From Candidatus Uhrbacteria bacterium (GTDB taxonomy: Bacteria; Patescibacteriota; Patescibacteriia; JACQRZ01): a DNA stretch of 39,113 nucleotides. The notes under the pieces are model-generated. The model was not told the DNA's origin. It did not search any database and saw only the letters and a list, made by a program, of their open reading frames with translations. A program made the position numbers and the translations under genes. Within the stretch, counting starts at the first letter, position 1. Each line of letters starts with the position of its first letter. This document shows positions 1 through 8,731 of the stretch, piece after piece. The DNA lies in contig JACQRZ010000019.1 in the NCBI GenBank assembly GCA_016206235.1, forward strand, positions 1 through 39,113. Direction: 5' to 3'.

Positions 1-14
1 CCTTTAATATGTAT

Positions 15-42
15 TTGGAAATTGGAAATTAGAAATTAATAA
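15..42 (+). repeat. 7-bp period array
   Basis: TTGGAAA TTGGAAA TTAGAAA TTAATAA just before the pilO ATG. Confidence 0.7.
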
Positions 43-45
43 TGT

Positions 46-615
46 ATGCCCGTTGTTGACCACACAAAACAATTTCAGCTTCTAGAAAAAATTACGCCCC
101 TTCTTATCGTGTGTATTTTTGGCGTTGTGTGGGGTGTTTCGTATTACCTCTATATACAACATGAGCTTCAGCGGTACCTTTCAGGAGGTACGCTCCATCA
201 GGAAACGGTGAAGCGACAGCTTGCAGACCGCAGCTCCTATCTCGAGCGACTCAAACATTTTGCTGCACTCTACAATGAGCAGGGTACCGATCCAAAAAAC
301 GCATTTGCATCCATTGCACCTCTCAAAAAAGACATACCTTCTTTATTTCAACTGTATGAACAAATCGCATACAAGCACAATCTGGGGCTGCAATTAGTTG
401 ATATTATTGGTCAAGATGGAAGCCGCAAGGATGCTCCTGGAATTAAGGAAGTTATCATTGCACTTAAACTTACCAATGTTGATTACGAAAAAATGAAGAG
501 TTTGCTTGCCGATATTGAAACAAACGCTCGACTCACCGATGTACAGTCATTTGACTTTGACCCTGAGTCGCGCTCACTTTCTCTTAATGTGAAGATGTAC
601 TATTTTGCAAAATAA
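46..615 (+). CDS. pilO: Type IV pilus assembly protein PilO-like
   Basis: N-terminal TM helix, coiled region, then a DIPSL...YEKMKSLLADIETNARLTDVQSFDF C-terminal domain typical of PilO. Lies upstream of pilB/pilT. Confidence 0.7.
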   Translation: MPVVDHTKQFQLLEKITPLLIVCIFGVVWGVSYYLYIQHELQRYLSGGTLHQETVKRQLADRSSYLERLKHFAALYNEQGTDPKNAFASIAPLKKDIPSLFQLYEQIAYKHNLGLQLVDIIGQDGSRKDAPGIKEVIIALKLTNVDYEKMKSLLADIETNARLTDVQSFDFDPESRSLSLNVKMYYFAK

Positions 616-926
616 TGAGTTTTATGAAGTCATCACTTTCGCAACTCACAATAAAAAAGAATTCTCCGGTAAAAAATACGATCATGCTAGTGTGCGCAGT
701 GCTGATCGGTATCGCTGCGTATCTTATTTACGCATCGAGCATAAAATCTTTCTCGACTGGCATGGATGGAGATAGCAGTACCCCTCTTTCATTAAAGAGT
801 ATCAACTGGAACGAGACCCTCTTTTCAACGCCTGCATTTAAGGAGCTGAAAGTGATTGATGTGAGTGTTGATGCAACAGGGAAGCTCGGAAATTCAAATC
901 CATTCGAACGATTAAAAAAAGAATAG
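615..926 (+). CDS. Small single-pass membrane protein in the pilus operon (PilP position)
   Basis: One TM helix and a C-terminal GNSNPF motif. ATG overlaps the pilO stop. Confidence 0.55.
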   Translation: MSFMKSSLSQLTIKKNSPVKNTIMLVCAVLIGIAAYLIYASSIKSFSTGMDGDSSTPLSLKSINWNETLFSTPAFKELKVIDVSVDATGKLGNSNPFERLKKE

Positions 927-936
927 GGTTTTAGGT

Positions 937-2655
937 ATGAATAAATTGGCTCAACTTCTCATCAATAAGGGGATGATCAAGGAAAGTGATTGGGATGTGC
1001 TCCAATCCGAGGCTGCCAAAGCACATATCCGCATTGAAGATCAGCTCGTAAAGAAAAAGATCATTTCAGAAAAAAATCTTGCCAATCTCCAAGGCGAGTT
1101 ATTTGGATTGCCATTTATTGATCTTGAAAAAGCAGATATTCCGCGCGAGATGCTCACTGTTATTCCTCAAGCAGTCGCGGAGAACTACGAGCTCGTCTTA
1201 TTTGAAAAAAAGGGACATGAAGTAAAAATCGCTCTTGTAGATCCTAGCAATTATCGTGCAATTGAAGCCATTGATTTTTGGGCAAAAAAAGAAGGGTACA
1301 AGCTCTCGCTCTATATCACGACGCTGAGTGGATATCGTAACGCCATGAAAAATTATGTTGTGGTAAAAAAAGAGGTACACGAGGCTCTTGACGTGCTTGA
1401 ACAACAGCATGCGTCCGACGCGCGCGGTAAGCGCCAGGAAAAACTCGTTGAAATTATTCGCAAAGCGCCAGTTGCAAAAATCGTTGCGCTCATGATTCAA
1501 GAAGCTGTTGATTTGAATACTTCCGATATTCACATCGAGCCGGGTTCCGCAGAGTCCCGTATCCGATTTCGCATTGATGGCATGCTGAAGACGTATCTTG
1601 CGTTTCCCACATCATTTCACACATCAATTGTATCGCGCATTAAAGTGCTTGCCGATCTGAAGATCGACGAAACGCGCATACCGCAAGATGGCCGTATTCG
1701 CATGAATATTTACGGGCAAGACATTAACTTGCGCGTCTCAACACTGCCCCTTATCGATAATGAAAAAGTGGTGATGCGTATTTTGCCGACTGCTTCAAAG
1801 GTGATCACCCTTCAAGAACTTGGTTTTTGGTCGCACGCTCTTGATGATCTCAATAGAATCATCGCCCGTCCTACAGGTGTATTACTCGTAAGCGGACCGA
1901 CAGGCTCTGGTAAATCAACAACGCTGTATTCGCTTTTGACAGCACTCAACAACGATAAGAGCAATATCACGACACTTGAAGATCCCGTTGAGTATTTTTT
2001 GAGTGGGGTCAACCAAGTGCAGATTAGCACTGAAGTAGGTTTAACGTTTGCCTCAGGTCTTCGGGCAATTTTGCGTCAGGACCCCAATATTGTGATGGTT
2101 GGTGATATCCGTGATAACGTGACAGCAGAACTTTCAACACACGCCGCTTTGACTTGTCATTTTATGCTTTCTACTATCCATGCAAAAGATGTGCTTGGCG
2201 TTATTCCACGTTTGATCGACATGCACGTTGAACCTTTTCTTATTTCTGCGGCGCTCAACACCATTATTGCACAGCGTTTAGTTCGCAAGCTGTGTGACAA
2301 GTGCAAAGAGCCTCAACAAATTCCTCAGTTGCTCGAAGCAGAGGTGCGCAAGGAACTTGACTTGATACCTCAGAAAGATGTGTTAGAAGGCATTGATCTT
2401 TCCACCCTCACTGTCTATCAAGGAAGGGGATGTGAGGCGTGCAATAAGAATGGATATAAGGGGCGGACCGTTGTTTCAGAACTCTTAGCTATGACAGAGA
2501 ACCTTACGCAGATCCTTTCAGCGAAATTTTCTCTTGAAGATCTTTCAAAAGAAATGAAGATCCAGGAAAAGATGACACTCAAGCAAGACGCAATTGTGAA
2601 AGCATTGAAAGGCCTTACGTCGATCGACGAGTTTATTCGGGTTACACGAGAGTAA
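937..2655 (+). CDS. pilB: Type IV pilus assembly ATPase PilB/GspE family
   Basis: SDIHIEP, PQDGR, Walker A GPTGSGKST, TLEDPVEY, LRQDP, CxxC...CxxC zinc motif. Walker B/His-box region shows substitutions (see findings). Confidence 0.92.
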   Translation: MNKLAQLLINKGMIKESDWDVLQSEAAKAHIRIEDQLVKKKIISEKNLANLQGELFGLPFIDLEKADIPREMLTVIPQAVAENYELVLFEKKGHEVKIALVDPSNYRAIEAIDFWAKKEGYKLSLYITTLSGYRNAMKNYVVVKKEVHEALDVLEQQHASDARGKRQEKLVEIIRKAPVAKIVALMIQEAVDLNTSDIHIEPGSAESRIRFRIDGMLKTYLAFPTSFHTSIVSRIKVLADLKIDETRIPQDGRIRMNIYGQDINLRVSTLPLIDNEKVVMRILPTASKVITLQELGFWSHALDDLNRIIARPTGVLLVSGPTGSGKSTTLYSLLTALNNDKSNITTLEDPVEYFLSGVNQVQISTEVGLTFASGLRAILRQDPNIVMVGDIRDNVTAELSTHAALTCHFMLSTIHAKDVLGVIPRLIDMHVEPFLISAALNTIIAQRLVRKLCDKCKEPQQIPQLLEAEVRKELDLIPQKDVLEGIDLSTLTVYQGRGCEACNKNGYKGRTVVSELLAMTENLTQILSAKFSLEDLSKEMKIQEKMTLKQDAIVKALKGLTSIDEFIRVTRE

Positions 2656-2660
2656 CGGAG

Positions 2661-2738
2661 TTTCTAGTTTATAGTTTATAGAATTTGACGGAGAGAGATG
2701 GGCACTATAAACTACAAACTACTCACTAAAAACTGATT
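2661..2738. repeat. Paired inverted 7-bp period arrays
   Basis: TTTCTAG TTTATAG TTTATAG ... ACTATAA ACTACAA ACTACTC ACTAAAA ACTGATT. Confidence 0.75.
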
Positions 2739-2740
2739 GT

Positions 2741-3814
2741 ATGGATACCGCCCAAAGTCTTATCTTCAAAAGACTCCTAACCGATGCCGCAAAAAAAGAG
2801 GCATCTGATTTGCACTTAAGCGTGGGATCCCGTCCCATGATTCGCGTCGATGGCGCACTGCGTGTTATGGACGATGAAGATATGATGACGCAAGAATCAC
2901 TCAAAGGTATTGTTGACGCAGTAACAACCGATGAGCAGCGCGCAGAATTAAACACGAAAAAAGATCTTATTTTTACGACCGTTTTTGACAATCGCATTCG
3001 CGCAAAAATCCATATTTTTTTTCAAGAAGGATTTTTTACCGTATCGCTGCGCTTCTTGAGTGTGAACGTAAAAACATTGCGCGAGATGAAGTTGCCCGAA
3101 AGCCTGTTTCATTTTACGCATCTTCAAGACGGACTTGTCATTATTGGGGGAGATAATGGTTCGGGTCGAACAACGCTTGCGGCCGCTTTTCTTGAAGAGA
3201 TTAATCGTTCGAGCGTAAAACATATTCTCACAGTGGAAGATCCGATCGAGTACAATCTGGTAAGCAATAAAAGTATTGTCAATCAGCGAGAAGTTGGAAG
3301 AGACGTGCCATCAATTGAGGAGGGGTTAGTATATGCGCAAAAAGAAGACGTCGACGCAGTATTTATATGCGATCTTGGAAATGAGAGAGTTATTCGAAAG
3401 GCGCTCGAGCTTGCCGACGCCGGCATTCTCGTGTTTGTCATTATGAATACGAACTCGTCATTGACTGCAATTGAACGGATCATTTCGAGCTTTGATGAAC
3501 ATGAACAAGTATTGATTCGGGAGCTTTTGGCTCAAGTATTGCGTGGCATTATTATTCAGTCGCTCGTGCCAAAAATTGGAGGCAGTTTTGTGACGGTCCA
3601 TGAAGTGCTCTTGAATAATGCAGCGGTAAAGACGTTTATCCAGTCTAATAGACTACAACAATTGCCCCAGGTAATCAAAGCATCACGCGCGGAAGGCATG
3701 ATGAGTTTTGATCATGAACTCGCAAAATATGTGAAAGACCAAGAAGTGACAGCCGAGCAGGCACGTGAAGTCGCAAAAGACAAGCAGACACTAGAGTTAC
3801 TCCTGCACACATGA
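2741..3814 (+). CDS. pilT: PilT/PilU-family protein with degenerate ATPase motifs
   Basis: ASDLHLSVGSRPMIRVDG, HILTVEDPIEY and NQREVG match PilT. Walker A is GDNGSGRTT and Walker B/His box are degenerate. Confidence 0.8.
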   Translation: MDTAQSLIFKRLLTDAAKKEASDLHLSVGSRPMIRVDGALRVMDDEDMMTQESLKGIVDAVTTDEQRAELNTKKDLIFTTVFDNRIRAKIHIFFQEGFFTVSLRFLSVNVKTLREMKLPESLFHFTHLQDGLVIIGGDNGSGRTTLAAAFLEEINRSSVKHILTVEDPIEYNLVSNKSIVNQREVGRDVPSIEEGLVYAQKEDVDAVFICDLGNERVIRKALELADAGILVFVIMNTNSSLTAIERIISSFDEHEQVLIRELLAQVLRGIIIQSLVPKIGGSFVTVHEVLLNNAAVKTFIQSNRLQQLPQVIKASRAEGMMSFDHELAKYVKDQEVTAEQAREVAKDKQTLELLLHT

Positions 3815-3824
3815 ATGCAGGGGT

Positions 3825-3920
3825 AATGACCAATTTCTAATTCCCAATATCCAAATAACTCTCAAATTTGAAAAGGTTAAAAGAATTTTGGTATGCATTG
3901 GACATTGGATATTTGAAATT
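3825..3920. repeat. Paired inverted 7-bp period arrays
   Basis: AATGACC AATTTCT AATTCCC AATATCC ... ATTGGAC ATTGGAT ATTTGAA. Confidence 0.7.
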
Positions 3921-4932
3921 ATTTTGGCACAACGTGCCAATTGAGTGTTTCCCCGGCTTTGAATGGAACGACACCGCCGTATTCGAGCGGAACGGTCCAT
4001 TCTTTTTTTTCGAGAACCAGTTTTTCTTGTGAAAGCGGCAGGCCATAACATTCTGCTCCAAACTGTGAGACGAAGCTTTCCAGTTTTTCAAGTGCGTTGT
4101 TTTGCTCAAAAAGGTCTGCCAAGAGTGGCAAAGCAACCGGTGCTGTAAAAATACCAGCCATGCCAGAACTCGCCTCTTTCTTTTTTTGGGCATGTGGTGC
4201 GCTGTCCGAGCCAAAAAAGAACTTCGGATTTCCGCTCAACGCTGCCATGAGAAGTGCATTTCGATCTTTCGGCGTTTTTGCAATTGGCTTGCAAAAGTGG
4301 TGGGTTTTCAGCATTCCGCCAATAACATCGTCGAGCGTGAGGATGAGGTGATGTACGGTGATGGTGGCAGCAACCGTGTCGGGCAGCTCGGAGATGAGAC
4401 TGACTGCCGCTGCGCTTGAGACGTGCTCAAAAACAATGTTGAGTCGAGGAAAATCTGCGACACTTTTTTTGAGTATGGGAAGAAATAACTCTTCTCGCTT
4501 GAGACAGAAAACGTTCGGAGTCGGGTCTTCCCCATGAAGCAATAGGAGCATTCCACACTCTTGCATCGCCTCAACTACAGGGTAGAGGCGATTAAAATCG
4601 CTTACACCGTCGTCAGAACCTGTCGTCATATTCTTTGGATACACCTTGCCGGCAACTGTTCCAATCTTTTTTGCCTCGGCGATCATTTCGGGCGTTGTAT
4701 TGTCATTCACATACAGTGTCATGAGCGGTTCAAATGCTTCTCCTTTGAGATTCGAAAGAATGCGTGCCCGATAACTTTCTACGTCTGCCGCAGTTAAGAT
4801 TTTTGGCGAGAGATTTGGCATTACCGTAGCGCGCGCGAATTGCGCTGCGCTCAAGGGCAGGACGTTGGCGAGCATATCACCATCTCGCAGATGAAGATGA
4901 AAGTCGTCGGGTTTTCGAATCTCGAGTTGCAT
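3919..4932 (-). CDS. pyrC: Dihydroorotase (homodimeric, E. coli-type)
   Basis: PDDFHLHLRDG, VMPNL, HGE, FEH, HHFCKP, GSDSAPH motifs. Confidence 0.93.
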   Translation of the reverse strand: MQLEIRKPDDFHLHLRDGDMLANVLPLSAAQFARATVMPNLSPKILTAADVESYRARILSNLKGEAFEPLMTLYVNDNTTPEMIAEAKKIGTVAGKVYPKNMTTGSDDGVSDFNRLYPVVEAMQECGMLLLLHGEDPTPNVFCLKREELFLPILKKSVADFPRLNIVFEHVSSAAAVSLISELPDTVAATITVHHLILTLDDVIGGMLKTHHFCKPIAKTPKDRNALLMAALSGNPKFFFGSDSAPHAQKKKEASSGMAGIFTAPVALPLLADLFEQNNALEKLESFVSQFGAECYGLPLSQEKLVLEKKEWTVPLEYGGVVPFKAGETLNWHVVPK

Positions 4933-4941
4933 AAATTACTT

Positions 4942-5976
4942 TTATTTCGCGTAGAGTTGATGCGCGTAATTGATAACCGATTGTACTCGCCATGGCCGTA
5001 AAAAAGTCATTGACCCAATCACGATTGCAGAAGCCCCGGCTTGATAGAGCTCGCGAACATCTTTTTTGGAAAGGACGCCGCCGCAGCCTGTGATGGGCTT
5101 GGAAAGTCCTTGCTTACGCGCGGTGCGTATCCACTCAGCAACTAAGGGCAAGAGAGGCTTGCCAGAAAGTCCGCCGCCACCGAATTGAGCAAGTGGGGAG
5201 GCAGTGGTTCCAAACAGCTTTTTCCAGTTAATTTTATCTGGCATCGTTCCCCAAGGAAGGGTGTTGGACATGCAAATTGAATCGCAGGCAGGATGATTGC
5301 TTACTTCAAGCGCTGCTGGCACGGGCATGAGAAGGTTGAATTTCAGCTCAAGCGGAATGCCGAGCTCTGAGAAGATATCAAGCAATTGACATGATTCATA
5401 AACAAGTTCATTAATGGGATGTGAGGGATTTACCCCGTTAGAGATAGCCCGCCTAAGTCCTTCGGACGCGCTAGCGCGGGCGAGATCTCTAACGGGGTGA
5501 AGTCCTACATTCGGGCACGATACGTTGATTTGCAAGCCAACCTTTCCATGAAAATCTGGCAGGTACTTTTTAAAAAGCGCTGCAAACTCCTTCGCTTCAG
5601 ATAAGCGCTCCTCAACAGTTTTACTTACTGACATGAATGAGATAAAAAAAGCGTCTGTTCGCTGCTGCCATAACCCCTTTTCAAAAAGTGTTTGTGCCCC
5701 AGGTCCGCTTAATCCGACAGCATTAAGCGCAATGCCCTTGAAGGGTTTTGCAACAATGCACTTTGGTTTAAAGTCTTTTGGCGTGATGCCGTCTTTTTTG
5801 AGAGGCATGTTTCCTGCGCGGGGATGGAGAGTTGTCGTCTTTGCAACAAATGTGCAGCCGCTGAACCGTAAACCAAGGGGTGCAAGTGGCTTATGGTAGG
5901 GATACCCTTCACCAAAAAATCCCATGCACCCAGAAGCGCCAAGCACGTGCCCAAATTCAATTCCTCGTAGTTTCAT
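4942..5976 (-). CDS. pyrD: Dihydroorotate dehydrogenase (class 1-like) with an in-frame palindromic insertion
   Basis: AKTTT, RAGN, NAVGL, NVSCPN, SNT, GGLSG and GCGGV motifs; adjacent to pyrC. Confidence 0.88.
   Translation of the reverse strand: MKLRGIEFGHVLGASGCMGFFGEGYPYHKPLAPLGLRFSGCTFVAKTTTLHPRAGNMPLKKDGITPKDFKPKCIVAKPFKGIALNAVGLSGPGAQTLFEKGLWQQRTDAFFISFMSVSKTVEERLSEAKEFAALFKKYLPDFHGKVGLQINVSCPNVGLHPVRDLARASASEGLRRAISNGVNPSHPINELVYESCQLLDIFSELGIPLELKFNLLMPVPAALEVSNHPACDSICMSNTLPWGTMPDKINWKKLFGTTASPLAQFGGGGLSGKPLLPLVAEWIRTARKQGLSKPITGCGGVLSKKDVRELYQAGASAIVIGSMTFLRPWRVQSVINYAHQLYAK
5431..5499. mobile_element. 69-bp palindromic element inserted in frame in pyrD
   Basis: 14-bp perfect inverted repeat ACCCCGTTAGAGAT (5432-5445) / ATCTCTAACGGGGT (5485-5498); encodes HPVRDLARASASEGLRRAISNGV. 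Confidence 0.75.
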
Positions 5977-6004
5977 TACTTCAGCTTATCATGCAACCAT
6001 ACCG

Positions 6005-6033
6005 TTGCAATATCGGGCTTTTCTCGGTATGAT
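6005..6033 (+). promoter_or_regulatory. Putative sigma70 promoter for glyQS
   Basis: TTGCAA - 17 bp - TATGAT. Confidence 0.5.
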
Positions 6034-6064
6034 GATGGGGTACAAGATTCGTAAAAGTATTGAT

Positions 6065-7348
6065 ATGGTTTCAGATATGGACAAGCTCGTTTCTCTTTGT
6101 AAGCGGCGGGGGTTTATCTTTCCTGGCAGCGAGATTTATGGCGGACTTGCAAACTCATGGGATTACGGCCCAGTTGGCGTTGAGCTGAAAAACAACATTA
6201 AACAGGCGTGGTGGAAGCGTTTTGTCGGGCTACGTAGCGATATGGTTGGCATTGACGCAGCACTCATGATGAATCCAAAAGTATGGGAAGCGTCGGGGCA
6301 CGTCGACAACTTCACCGATCCTTTAGCTGATTGCAAAAAGTGCCATCAGCGGTTTCGCGCCGACATGATTTCCGACGAGCATGCCAAAACATGCGGCGGT
6401 GAGCTGACCGAGGCGAAGTTGTTTAACTTGATGTTCAAGACGCACCTTGGTCCCGTGGAAGACGCTTCGGCCGTTGTCTACTTGCGGCCAGAGACGGCGC
6501 AAGCCATGTTCGCCGATTTTAAAAATGTCGTTGATTCAAGCAGGGTGCGTATTCCTTTTGGCATTGCTCAAATCGGTAAAGCCTTTCGCAATGAAATAAC
6601 ACCCGGAAACTTTATCTTCCGCACGCGCGAGTTCGAGCAAATGGAAATAGAGTATTTCATTAAGGAGGATCGGTGGCAGGAGCACTTCGAATACTGGTTG
6701 AACCAAATGAAAGAGTGGATGAAATTTTGCGGCTTGAGTGAAAAAAATCTCCACTTCTATGAGATTCCAGACGGGGAGCGGGCGCATTATTCCAAACGCA
6801 CTGTCGATATCGAGTATTCGTTTCCTTTTGGTATGAAGGAGCTCTATGGTATCGCCTATCGAACTGACTTCGATCTCAAGAGGCATCAAGAATATTCTGG
6901 GAAGGACTTGCGCTATACTGATCCGCAAACACAGGAAAAGTATCTCCCGCATGTGATTGAACCAACGTTTGGCGTGGACCGCACTCTATTGGCCGTGCTT
7001 TCCGAGCACTTTTATGAAGAAGAGGATCGGATCGTCTTAAAGCTGCCAACACCATTAGCACCATATAAGACGGCAGTATTCCCGTTGCTTGCCAATAAAC
7101 CCCAGCTTGTCGAGAAGGCACAGGAGTTACTATCTGATTTGAGCACAACGTATCCTATTGCATGGGATGATCGTGGTAATATTGGAAAGCGCTATTACGC
7201 ACAAGACGAGATCGGAACGCCGTTTTGTATTACGGTTGATTTTGAAACGCTTGACACCGATACCGTTACGGTTCGAGATAGAGACAGTATGAAGCAGGAA
7301 AGAATTGCAATTCATGAGCTCAAAGAGTATCTAAAAGAAAAATTATAG
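6065..7348 (+). CDS. glyQS: Glycine--tRNA ligase (alpha2 type)
   Basis: KLVSLCKRRGFIF, YLRPETAQ, FRNEITP, REFEQME, IEPTFGVDR and a C-terminal anticodon-binding domain. Start moved from 5924 to ATG 6065 (6077 also possible). Confidence 0.95.
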   Translation: MVSDMDKLVSLCKRRGFIFPGSEIYGGLANSWDYGPVGVELKNNIKQAWWKRFVGLRSDMVGIDAALMMNPKVWEASGHVDNFTDPLADCKKCHQRFRADMISDEHAKTCGGELTEAKLFNLMFKTHLGPVEDASAVVYLRPETAQAMFADFKNVVDSSRVRIPFGIAQIGKAFRNEITPGNFIFRTREFEQMEIEYFIKEDRWQEHFEYWLNQMKEWMKFCGLSEKNLHFYEIPDGERAHYSKRTVDIEYSFPFGMKELYGIAYRTDFDLKRHQEYSGKDLRYTDPQTQEKYLPHVIEPTFGVDRTLLAVLSEHFYEEEDRIVLKLPTPLAPYKTAVFPLLANKPQLVEKAQELLSDLSTTYPIAWDDRGNIGKRYYAQDEIGTPFCITVDFETLDTDTVTVRDRDSMKQERIAIHELKEYLKEKL

Positions 7349-7355
7349 TCATAAA

Positions 7356-7411
7356 TGCTATATTGCTATATTGTTAAACAGCTAAACAGTATAACAATGT
7401 AACAATAATAA
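7356..7411. repeat. 8-bp period array with internal dyad symmetry
   Basis: TGCTATAT TGCTATAT TGTTAAAC AGCTAAAC AGTATAAC AATGTAAC. Confidence 0.7.
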
Positions 7412-7426
7412 AACAATATATTTTCT

Positions 7427-8701
7427 ATGTACATCAAACATACTCTCGACAATAATGTCCGTGCCATTCTAGCACCACTGCATGACACAAAAACTGTTAC
7501 GGTGCTTGTACTTTTTGGCGTTGGATCGCGCTATGAACAAAAAAATATCAACGGCATTTCGCATTTTATTGAACACATGATGTTTAAGGGAACAAAAAAG
7601 CGGCCAACCGCGCTCTCTATCTCCAAAGAGCTCGATGCGGTTGGTGCGGAGTACAATGCCTATACTTCTAAAGATGTAACAGGATATTGGATTAAAATTG
7701 ACCATGAAAAGTTGCCGCTCGCGCTCGATTTGGTTTCGGATATGCTCTACAACTCAAAGTTCGACGCGAAAGAAATCGAACGTGAAAAAAAGGTTATTTG
7801 CGAAGAGCTTCATATGTATCGCGATAACCCGATTATGTATGTTGATACGCTCCTCGAAAAAATCATGTTTGAACCCTCCCCGCTCGGCTGGGATATTGGA
7901 GGAGAAGATGACATTATCCTCGGCATGAAGCGAAACGATATGGTTCGCTTTCGCGATTCGCACTATCACGGAGAAAATGTCGTTGTTGGCATTGCTGGAA
8001 ATTTTGACGAGAAAAAAGGCCTTGATCTTATTGCCAAGTCATTTGGCAACCCCATGGAAAAGGGTGTTCACGCAAATGTGTTTAAACCGTTCAAATACAC
8101 GCTTTCCAAAAAACCAAAGATGATCGTTCACTTTAAGGAGACCGAACAAGTCCAGCTTGATATGGGATTTCATGCCTATGGGTACGGCGACAAGCAGTGC
8201 CATGCAGCAGCCATGTTGAGTAACATCCTGGGCGCTGGAATGAGTTCGCGGCTTTTTATTCAAGTTCGAGAGCGATTAGGGCTCTGTTATTCAATCCGTG
8301 CAAGTCACCAATCTTTCCATGATACCGGCGTTTTTTCGGTGCAGGCGGGATTGAATAAAGTTCGAATCCATGAAGCAATCGCCGTTATCTTAAAAGAGCT
8401 AGCAAAGATCCGAGACAATGGGATAACGGCAGGCGAACTCAAGCGAGCAAAGGATAATACCAAAGGACGCATGGCCATTCAATTTGAAGATTCTGAAAAT
8501 GTTGTGTCGTGGTATGTGACTCAAGAAGTGCTTAAGAAAAAAATTGATACGCCAGAAGAACGGTTGAAAAAAATATACGCTGTCACGAAAGAAGACGTAC
8601 AACGAGTGGCAAAAGCTCTCTTTCAAACAAACAAGATCCATCTCGCTCTTATTGGTCCTTATAAAGATCAAAAAGAGTTCTTATCGCTTTTAAAAATATA
8701 G
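7427..8701 (+). CDS. M16 family zinc peptidase
   Basis: GISHFIEHMMFKGT (HxxEH), NAYT, SSRLF..VRE..GLCY. Confidence 0.92.
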   Translation: MYIKHTLDNNVRAILAPLHDTKTVTVLVLFGVGSRYEQKNINGISHFIEHMMFKGTKKRPTALSISKELDAVGAEYNAYTSKDVTGYWIKIDHEKLPLALDLVSDMLYNSKFDAKEIEREKKVICEELHMYRDNPIMYVDTLLEKIMFEPSPLGWDIGGEDDIILGMKRNDMVRFRDSHYHGENVVVGIAGNFDEKKGLDLIAKSFGNPMEKGVHANVFKPFKYTLSKKPKMIVHFKETEQVQLDMGFHAYGYGDKQCHAAAMLSNILGAGMSSRLFIQVRERLGLCYSIRASHQSFHDTGVFSVQAGLNKVRIHEAIAVILKELAKIRDNGITAGELKRAKDNTKGRMAIQFEDSENVVSWYVTQEVLKKKIDTPEERLKKIYAVTKEDVQRVAKALFQTNKIHLALIGPYKDQKEFLSLLKI

Positions 8702-8731
8702 ATTGCGCCGAAAACGACGGGCAAAGGCGAA

